A DNA stretch of 64,000 bases from Dimorphilus gyrociliatus (taxonomy: Eukaryota; Animalia; Annelida), in contig CAJFCJ010000015.1 of the NCBI GenBank assembly GCA_904063045.1, positions 62,001 through 126,000 on the forward strand, in the 5' to 3' direction. Numbering within the stretch: the first letter of the stretch is position 1; each line of letters opens with the position of its first letter. Below are positions 54,668-64,000 of this stretch, piece after piece. Made by a program: the position numbers and the translations under genes. The notes under the pieces were generated by a model. It was not told the origin of the DNA, searched no databases, and worked only from the letters and a program-made list of their open reading frames with translations.

Positions 54668-54849
54668 AGGTCAAGGTCAAGGACCAAAGAATTAGTTCCG
54701 CAGTCGAGAGTGGAAATTTTACGATTTGACCTAAGCTATTTTACACAAGAAATAAGAAATTAGTAGAAGATGTATTAATATAAAAAGACACTATTTGTAA
54801 TATTATAATTAGTCGACTGCTGATTGGTTGGTTCTTTGGTCTTTGACCC
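54668..54849. promoter_or_regulatory. Divergent promoter region (dystrophin-like / SGF29) with nuclear-receptor half-sites: AGGTCA-AGGTCA-AGGACC (54668-54685), TGACCT (54727-54732), TGACCC (54844-54849)
   Basis: Motifs read directly from the sequence; includes TCAAGGTCA (ERR/SF-1-type site) at 54671-54679 and a reverse CCAAT near 54822. Confidence 0.35.
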
Positions 54850-55034
54850 TTTTCCCGGAAGAATTGTGTTATCGTAAAGATAAGAATATTTTACATAAAT
54901 ATTCATATAATTAGAACACTTTTATCACCCTCCGGAAGCTTTAAATTGTCTTTAAAAGCGAGAACATGACAAAGAAAGTGTTGTTCAACCTAATTCTGTC
55001 CGGTTCTTTATAATCGTACACAGTTCGAAAAGCT

Positions 55035-57292
55035 ATGAGGAGGTCGAGAGGAACCTTAAATAGCGCTCCATCGAGTCTTGTAACTTCAACGAAGGAATTG
55101 AATCAATCTGCAAGAAATTCACCGTCTTCAATGAATGATTTAAACGTCACTGAAAGTCTGCAGGAGTTAACAGACCTTGTTCAAAAGGTTTGTAAACTGA
55201 ACAAAATTAAAACCATATTACATAATCATTCATAAAATATATAATATATTTTATCTTAATAGTTTATTATTTCAAATTTTAAAAAAAATGTTTATTGAAA
55301 ATGCTGAAAAATCAACAGTAAAATAACTTGAACTAAAATTTCACTTTTTCAATTCTGGAGTCATCATTTTTCATATTTTGTGAAGAAAAACTTGAAATTT
55401 ATGCAAAACTTTAACTTTTACAAGTTTCTCCAAGTGTTTCAAAGTCTTAACACTTGTTTAGAACAATATCTTTTCTACGCCATCTGGCGCTTATCATTCA
55501 GTTGACAAACTCAAGAAGACAACGTCTACGAGACTATTGATCTTTTTTCTCTAACGAGCAAGATAATTGCCGTCATAGAGCCCTTCACAGTGGGATATTT
55601 ACGCTTTTTTAAAAGTTTTTAACTTATAAGTGGTTGGGGCATTTAATCTACTGTATGAGTCGTTTGCCTTCAGGCTTCTTCCTCAATAAATGAATAAAAT
55701 TTAAAAAAAATCTTTTAAAATACTTAGACTTTCCTTTCTCATAAGCTTATATTGAAAAAAGCGTATGTTGTTTTTTTTACCGCCTAAAGAGTTCCGGCTA
55801 AATCATTAAGCATTGTAAGGATGAATGAATAATTCTTTCTCTTCTTATTTTAGGTTGAATCCGAACGGCAGCATAGTGAAAATACGCTGGGTAATATTGA
55901 AAAAACGCACGAAAAAATTCAACAAGAGCAGAAAGTGTCTCAGTATTATAAACAAAAACTCAAAGGATTGTATGAAAGTGCCCTGCAGGATGCGTCATCA
56001 GAGATTGATGCTCTAAGAAAAGCTTTACATAAAATTAGTGAGATACGAAGCTCAATGAAATCAGAATCGACAGTAGTGAAGCCTCTAATGAGAAGAGGAG
56101 TTCTTATGTCTATGCTCTTGAAAGAGGGTACCTACCTCCCACTTTGGGCATCTAAACACGGAGAAACTGCTCCAACACTTTGCGGAGCAATACAAGCTGA
56201 TCCTTCCTACATCTCGCAATCTTCCGATCATGTAGCAGCAAGGGTAAAGGGTAATGACGGTGAAGAAAATTGGATTTTGGCTCAGGTATAAAAACTAAAA
56301 TCTTTAATTCTTTGTTGCCATTTTGCTTAAATTAAAGACATACCAGATGTCTCTGGAAGATATTTAGCGCTATTTCTTTAATAGAAATTCATTATTAGAA
56401 ACTAAATAACCTACGCTATTATTTTTTTAACCGTCTCAAAGGGTGGTGTAATTCGTAGAAGCCTTATTTTCCCACTGACATAGGACTATTAATGTCGCAA
56501 CTAGTTCTTTTAATCTTTTAGAATCGACGTATCATAAAAACCCTGACTTTATTTTGATATTTTCCTTTTATGAATTACGCAAAAAAACAGTCACTAAATT
56601 CTTATTACTTTTGACAATACCCATTTATCCTATGCAATTATTTAGACTGTTTTTTAAATAATTGATGTATCTATATATTATGAAAAGGTATTTCTATTTA
56701 GTTGATGGAGATCATCGAAAAGTTTTTGCTAAATTAATCACTGAAATATTTAAGTGAAAAATGAAAAAAAAGTATTATAGGAAGTTTACTTTAAAAGTTC
56801 CGCTTTCTTCCTTTTATAGTCATATTTTTCATGATATTAAATAAAGTAAAATAGAGAAATATTATTGTATTAAATTTATTCAATCGTTATAGGAGAAAAC
56901 GTCTAATGAAATCTAAAAATAATAATATTTATTATTTTTTTTAGGTTGTTTCATTTAACTCGGCAACGGGTAAATACGACATTGATGACGTCGACGCCGA
57001 AGAAGGTAAAGAGCGGCATACTCTCGGAAAGAGACGCCTTGTACCTTTACCTAAGTATAAAGCAAGCCCAGATACAGATTCCTATGCTCTTTTCCCAAAA
57101 GGAACAACTGTCTATGCTTTATACCCTCAAACAACTTGTTTTTATAAGGGTATAGTCCATGAATTGCCCACATCCAGTAATTTAGATTATTCTATTTTGT
57201 TTGAGGACAGTTCATATCCCAGTGGTTACTCTCCCCCTTTAATGGTCAGCCAGAGATACGTTATAGCTTGTAGGCACGAAAAAAAAAAGTAG
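55035..57292 (+). CDS. SGF29: SAGA-associated factor 29 (tandem Tudor). Exons 55035-55187, 55854-56285, 56945-57292
   Basis: KTHEKIQQEQKVSQYYKQKLKGLY, MRRGVLMSML, GEENWILAQV, KYDIDDVDAEEGKERH, VPLPKYKA, VYALYPQTTCFYKG, LFEDSSYPSGYSPPL. Confidence 0.95.
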
Positions 57293-58146
57293 CTATTTCT
57301 AATTTGCATCATTTGCTTTGTGATGCTTATAATCTTGCAGAAGAGACATTCATGCATATTTTAACAATAATAATGTATCTGCAATTTCATTGTGCTTATG
57401 TAAATTACATAACTGTACATTTTTTTCATTCATGTATTGGTTTAATTTCTTTAATTTATTTTCAATAAAGTATACATCCTAAATATAATATTTTGTGTTT
57501 CTGTTTTGGGGAAATTCAATATACACTAAGTTATGCCTTTCTCCTACATTATACGTTTGTCAATACTGTATATAGAGTATATATTTATAAGAGAAATCAA
57601 CCTTAGAAATAACGCAGAAGCGTTTACGGTCAAGCAATAAACTCTTTCTTCATTTTCTTCAGTTTATTGATTTGTTATCGTTTCTTTTTAATCAATAAAT
57701 TTTTTAAGCTGTTTTTAAAAGTGAAATTTTCAAGTACAGGTCATTCTTTTGGGATTTTCCTTTTTCGCTGCTTTATATTAACTTAAAATTGTTTCAAAAA
57801 ATATTTCTCTTTTATCGATAAAGGCATTTCTATGTGGGGAACATTCAGGAATATATGGGAAATTAAGTTATCGTAATAATTTATACAACATAGTTAAGCG
57901 GATATCCAAACAATATATACTAAATACATCTAAACAATTTTCTTTACAATTTCGTTTGATAACGATTCTATGTCGACAATATAAGTAAGATATATATATA
58001 TATATATATATATTTATAAACACATTATATATATACAGTATATATATATATATATATAATGTTATATTACAATATATAAATATATTATATATAAATAAAA
58101 TTTTTATATATTTAGAACAAAAGGCCCTAGCGAAGTTTGTAGTTCT

Positions 58147-59822
58147 TCATAATATTCTACAACATTGATTCGTTTTCTTAGCCTATAAAAAAAAGAATCC
58201 AATAAAATAGAAACCAATTACTTTTATTATTATGGTAAAAAAAAATAACCCGTATACGTACAGTTTTATAAAACGCCTTCGACTGCATACTAAGAGCCTC
58301 ACTTTTATCGACTAAGTCGTCTAATTTTTCTCCTCTCTGCAATACTTTATTGATGGTTTCATGCTGTAAAGAGAAAAAAGAAAATAATGATTGTTTGCAA
58401 GTCGAAAAAAATGCTATATTTCTATTTTAAGAGACAGAATTAAGAGAATAAAAGAATTTCTTTTCTATTTCTTAAATCTTATGTAAGAATTTAAAATATG
58501 TTTCTTGCACAAGATGGATTATTAAAAATTTATTAAATTACAAGAATTTTCCAGTTAAATAGTAATTTTAAACGAGAATAAGTTTACGACCGTCATGTTC
58601 GTTATATGAGAAAATAATTACATTCAAGGCTTTGGAAAAATCATGAGTAAATGATTTTTCTTTGTCTCAAATAGGCTTATAAACTACTTTATGCTAAAAA
58701 ATATTATTATTATATGCTCTCTTTAAAGAGAAAATAATTAATTATATGCTGCATGCTAATCCTATCTTTTGCTTTTTTATAAAAGACTTATAAAGTAATA
58801 TACTGAAAATATTCTAAAACATTTACCAATATGATCTTTGTTTCGTCTAGATCAGTTTGTAATTTTATCATTCCATCAGCTTCTTTAGGATTCTATAAAA
58901 TTAAAGAAGGGAAAAAGCAACTTTATCATTGTTAAGCTTTCTAAAATAAATTGTTTCAGTTACCTGATATTTTGTTAAAAATTGCTCTAATTCTGGAAAT
59001 GTAAGAGAGTGGTCCCCAGCACTAGTCCATGCTGATGGTGGATATTTAATTGAGAAATCGTCTAATACTTTATTCATCATAGTAAATGCGACTCTTTTCG
59101 GATATTCAAAATCAGATATCAAAACAGCCGTTAAGTTATCCATTCTAATATAGCAGTGGCACATGTAGTCTAGAGAAAAATGATTCAAAGTTAATCAATC
59201 AATTTAAAAGACAGATTTGAAACAATAAAAAAAAGAATATGAATATCAAAAAATATAAAAAAAGACAAACAAACATCTCAGAATATTTGTAAACTATCAC
59301 GTACTTTTCTATTTAAGTAAGAGATGAAAATAATTATCTAAATCGATATTTTTTTGTTGTTGTACGTGGACGCAAACAACGCTAAGCCTTACTAATGATG
59401 CAAAATATATAACAAAGAGGTGTAAAAGACCATGAGTAACTCTCACTAGACGCTAATACTAAACATAATTTTGTTGAATTAATTAGCTTTCCAAATAATG
59501 AGTCCATTTTGGAAAGAAATTTTGGTTTCTACATATTCTACGAATTAAAAAATCAATGCGAAATACATTGAACAAAATATATAAAATATCTTGTTATTAA
59601 TTACCACTGATTACGTGTTGAGATTTACGTACCCTCGTGTTTTACACATGATCTGTCTCCCATATTTGACCGTTCAGCGATTAGCCTACTGGTAAATTGC
59701 ATAAACTCTTGAAAGCTGCTTCTTTGGAAAAAACTGAATGTTGTTAAATCTTGATAAGATGACAAGATAACTGCTTTGTCCTCATTATTTCTGTACAGAA
59801 CTGCTAAACTGAACAACTTCAT
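58147..59822 (-). CDS. YKT6: Longin R-SNARE Ykt6. Exons 59822-59633, 59169-58964, 58892-58827, 58363-58262, 58182-58147
   Basis: [81 protein letters not shown] (CCaaX tail). Confidence 0.96.
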
Positions 59823-60117
59823 TCTTTATTATCAATATTCCTTTGCTTGTAATGTAAATCGTAGAAGTAGTAGAATCTGTCGAAATTAAAGCACGATAAA
59901 AGCCGTGAATTAACTTCGATGTAAATATTTATTACATTTATTTTAGATCTTACTAACCAGAATAAAAATCTGTCTCTTATTCGGCTTGATTGCTTTGAAA
60001 CCAGGAGGTTTTCGTCGTGAAATCTGGACAAATCAGCAGTGAATCATCAAAAACGGAAGCGCCACAAAAAGCCTGACACCAGTTCCACTGCAAGTCAAGA
60101 GACCAGATTATTATCAT

Positions 60118-60585
60118 GGCGCGAAAGTTTAAGTGTTTAAAAGTCTTTCCTGTTCAAAACTAACTTCAAAGAATATTCCTACTGCTTTTGAGGCGGTTAC
60201 GATTGGTTTGCGATGAATTGACACGCGCACGCGTTAATATGTATTTCTTTAAACATATAATAAGTGTCTTATCTTGAAAAACAACACCTGCTCGAAAAAT
60301 TCCTTTCGACGGGGTTGAACTACACCTGTCCACAGCACCTGTTCCCTTTTAACGCTTTTTCTCCCAATCAAACTTTTATTGGTCTATTGTTTAACCAAAT
60401 TTTTACAATCGTTTATCTATTAAAATCTTCCTTCCAAGTCTTCCAAAAACAATAATTGTCACGTTTTAGAACGATGTCAAATAAAATTGAACGTAGAGCA
60501 AATTGAGATAAGATTCTTCGGTTTAAGTTAAGTTTTGCGCGCGGCAGAGAGAGAGAGCGCGTGAAGGGCGCCCCGAATCTTTGAA
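60118..60585 (+). promoter_or_regulatory. YKT6/NEK2 divergent promoter: E2F-like sites (60118-60126, 60533-60545), CCAAT boxes (60201-60206, 60364-60368, 60378-60382) and CHR TTTGAA (60580-60585)
   Basis: Motifs read directly from the sequence. The combination is the established architecture of G2/M cell-cycle promoters. Confidence 0.45.
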
Positions 60586-60612
60586 CACTTGGCATTCAAC
60601 ACTGCGACCGCG

Positions 60613-63529
60613 ATGCCGATAGACGACTACGAAATTTTGGAATCAATCGGCTCCGGGTCTTACGGCGAATGCCGAAAGATAAGGAGAAGAAGAGATGGAA
60701 GACTTTTAGTATGGAAAGAGATGGAATATGGTGCTATGACGGAAACAGAGAAACAGATGCTCGTCTCAGAAGTGAATCTTCTCAGAGAATTGCGACATAG
60801 GCATATCGTTCGTTACCACGATAGATTGATTGATAGACAAAGATATGTTCTTTATATAATAATGGAATTCTGCGAAGGCGGTGATCTATCAGCAATAATC
60901 GGTCAACACAAAAGAGAGCATCGTGCGATAGACGAGTCGTTCGTGTGGAAGATGTGCGTACAATTGGCTTCCGCTTTACAGGTAATTTTTCTTCTTTTAC
61001 CCCGTCGTTATTTATTATAGTTGAATAAGAAAGGGCGTCATTATAAGAAAAAGTGAACGGAACCTTAGCGGGAGTAAAATTTTAGGGTCTTGAACGTTTC
61101 CGAAATATTACACTTATACCTATTAATTCTATGTTACAAAATATCGTTCTAGCGTCTAAATTTACTTGTTTCTTTTATACCAAAGTGGATTAAAAGAAAA
61201 TAGAGGCTTAAAATGTTCCACTATTTTTTTTAACTTGAACAGATCATGTTCCATTACATATATTTATATATTTAGGTTCAAATTTCATTTTTTCCCAACC
61301 CACTCCTAACTCTTCTTTTATAAAGAAGATAAAAGTATATTCATATGTCAAGGGTCATATTGATATAGACTTTTGATGGATTGAATCAAAGAAAACTAGC
61401 CGTAATTTTTTATATTCATACCTTTTTAAATTCTTATTTTCACATTACTCACACTGTGAAAGTTTACTTTGGTACTTATAGTAAAAAATTCCTACATTCT
61501 TGTTGTATTTGTTTGCTTTCTAGGGTAATTTTCAGGTCAAACGTATTCTGTTAGTGTAAACTATTTTCGACGGTTGAATAGAACCGATATTTGTACAACT
61601 GTCTTGGGGATGAAAAAGACGTACTTAGGAAAAGTCTAATAAAAGACCTATACATTTAAAACGTTAAGCCTATTTAAAGTTATTCTAGCGTTCCATCGTG
61701 AGCCTACCTTAACAGCATAGGCCTATTCAATAGAAAGTAGCACGAACATTTTTTCGGAACATGAAAAAAATGAAAAGTGGTCTTACGCGAATAAATTAGT
61801 GTGAACAATAGGACAGAATAGGTTTGATAATTATAAAGTAGAAGAAATTACTAAGGTGTCACGAATCGCAATTTATCACTCTCCCATAACGACTTTTTAA
61901 ACTATCCAACGGTGAAAATGAACCGTTCCCTGATTCCATTTAAAGGGGAGACATTTAACAAAGATGTACGACCTGCATGCCTCCATAAATTACCCTTTAT
62001 TATAAGGGTCATTCTATTTAAACTTGAGACACGCGAGCAGTTAAAAAAAACGTATTTTCATCTTTATAACAGAGGAAATAGGATTTTGTTTCGATTTCTT
62101 TTTGTTGCACGGATTAAGAGTTTCTTTTTAAGGGTGTGAAAATTTAATTAAATGTACCTACGGGGCTAAACTCTGTGTAAGCCATTGAAAATATCCCGCT
62201 GCCAAGGGGCTAATAAATTCGGCGCCGCTTTTTATTGTAATAAAATGAAAGCGTCTCTAACGCGCTTTGCACGTCAAATATTTTACTTCGTCGGCGTTCT
62301 TTTTGAGTTGAAGTAACGGATATGGGTAGGTGTATTAAGTGCATTCAGAAAAAAAAGCACATAAATCATAAGTGGGCTATAAGGGTAGGTTAACAGACCG
62401 TTATTAATAACTGTAAATTATAATGGTGGAAGACCTTTAACCTTTTATTATTGCCGGCAGGTCTGTCACACGCGGTCAAAGAACGGACGAGGAGCAGTTT
62501 TACATAGAGATCTTAAGCCTGCTAATATCTTCTTAGATTCTAATCGAAATGCAAAATTGGGTGATTTTGGCCTAGCAAGGGTATTAAATCCTGACAATGC
62601 TTTCGCACGGACATTTGTTGGAACTCCTTATTACATGAGCCCGGAACAGGTGAACTATTTGACCTATAATGAAAAATCGGACATCTGGTCTTTAGGTTGC
62701 CTTCTGTACGAACTTTGCGCCTTAAGGCCTCCGTTTATAGCGACAAATCAGAAGGAACTGGCCGTAAAAATATCCAAAGGTGTTTTCCAACGTATTCCCC
62801 AGCAATATTCAGAAGAATTAAATGACTTGATTAAACTACTTTTACAAGTTGATGAATTCCGTCGACCAAGTATTGACCAAGTTCTCGACCACCCCGTAGT
62901 ACAAAGGAGGGGGGCCGAATATTTGCAAGTACTGCAGAGATCGTCTTCGCCAGCTGACAGGACTATCTTAAGAGACGATTCTCAGCGTGAGATGGAAGAG
63001 GCGCTAAGGCTTAGAGAGGAAAGTATTAAAGAGAAGGAGCAACTGCTGAGAGCCCGAGACGAGTACGTCCGGCTCAGAGAAGCGAAAATTGCCGAGAAAG
63101 AAAAGGAGCTTGAAAGTAAGATACTTTACTTTACTTCTTAGTTGTTATACGATACTCTAGAATGCAGATTCTCTTGTTAGAGTATCCATGTAGTAGCACC
63201 ATTCTAGTAAGCTAATCCCTTCTTAAATTTTTTCTATAGAACGAGAAGCTGCTCTCGTACTCCGCGAAAAACTAATTGAGGAACGCCTGCAGAGATACGA
63301 ACGTCCGATAGAAAGGAAACGCGTTTCGTTTAGCGTTCGAGATAAAGAAAATGATCCACCTATGCCAAAGCAACGTCAAACCTCCTTCAGATTACCAGTC
63401 CAAGTCCCTAAAGGAATAGAATTCGACTTGAAAACGCGGCTGAGAAACGCCCGCCTCAAAGCAGACGAACTCCGGCAATTGGAGACGGAAGCCAGACAAA
63501 AAGCCCAAAATACATTTGGCATTCGATAA
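60613..63529 (+). CDS. NEK2: NIMA-related kinase 2. Exons 60613-60981, 62461-63115, 63240-63529
   Basis: DYEILESIGSGSYGEC, LVWKEMEYG, EKQMLVSEVNLLRELRH, HRDLKPANIFLD, DFGLARVL, FVGTPYYMSPEQ. The tail has a leucine-zipper-like coiled coil, RKRVSF (PP1 RVxF), a KEN box and a terminal GIR* (compare the human NEK2A MR tail). Confidence 0.95.
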
Positions 63530-64000
63530 TGTGTCAATTTCCTACATTCCATTTCCTCCAGTTTGTGCAGAGAGAGAAAAATTACCCAAAAGATATCGTA
63601 TTTGGGTAAACTTTTCTCATTATCTTCAATCGACACTGTATGTAATATTTCTTTCAAAATTTACTTTCTCCTTCATCCGTCCTGAAAGACAGTCCGGCAA
63701 TAGTAGCAGGTGTTTTCGAATGTTGGGGTTAAAAAGAATCGGTTATTTCGGCAGGTGCAAAGGCTTTAGTCGTTTTGAACTGAGACAGATGGTGCGTCTA
63801 CTTTCGAACAGTTCCAAGCCTATTGTATAACGATTTTTGTCCAAGTTCACTATCTAATTTTGCTATTGTAAAATTCAAATGTACTTGTATTATTATTGAT
63901 GTTTGAAAATTTGGCCTTGAAGAATTTCCTTATTGAACTGTATATGATTCTCTTTTTTTATTACTTTGTACAGAATACGCCAATGTTATTGAATAAATAT

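Noticed and set aside
63376-63900. ORFs 63376-63657 (-) and 63516-63830 (+), and a possible convergent terminal exon near 63890-63800
   Set aside because: They overlap the NEK2 last exon and 3'UTR (AATAAA near 63992), with no identifiable product.
1-64000. CRISPR arrays, rRNA, tRNA, intact transposase or reverse-transcriptase ORFs
   Set aside because: None recognised. The DNA is eukaryotic and spliced, and the long ORFs are all explained by the genes listed.

Overview
AT-rich, compact animal genome with many 55-110 nt introns; probably a spiralian such as a miniaturised annelid, but the taxon is inferred, not verified. Gene order: ZNF277 (-, runs off the left edge), Pim kinase (+), an ~8.5 kb non-coding gap, FBXW4 (-), a ~30 kb head-to-tail array of 15 divergent nuclear-receptor units (all -), a short dystrophin-family gene (-), SGF29 (+), YKT6 (-) and NEK2 (+). 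Main observation: each receptor is split inside zinc finger 1 by a phase-2 intron (CxxCxxxxxG|xHY/FG), and everything downstream (rest of the DBD plus the whole LBD) is one ~1.1 kb exon. The nine upstream units (NR7-NR15) each have their own first exon. The six downstream units (NR1-NR6, 17.3-27.9 kb) are intact and keep the acceptor at the same position and phase, but I find no first exon for them; one has only 127 bp of upstream spacer. The simplest reading is one gene in which the NR7 first exon (30970-31160) is spliced to any of seven alternative terminal DBD+LBD cassettes. A segment of the NR7 intron is complementary to sequences in front of at least two cassettes, which resembles Dscam docking/selector pairing. 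No rRNA, tRNA, CRISPR array or intact transposon was recognised. All coordinates and counts were derived by hand from the sequence.
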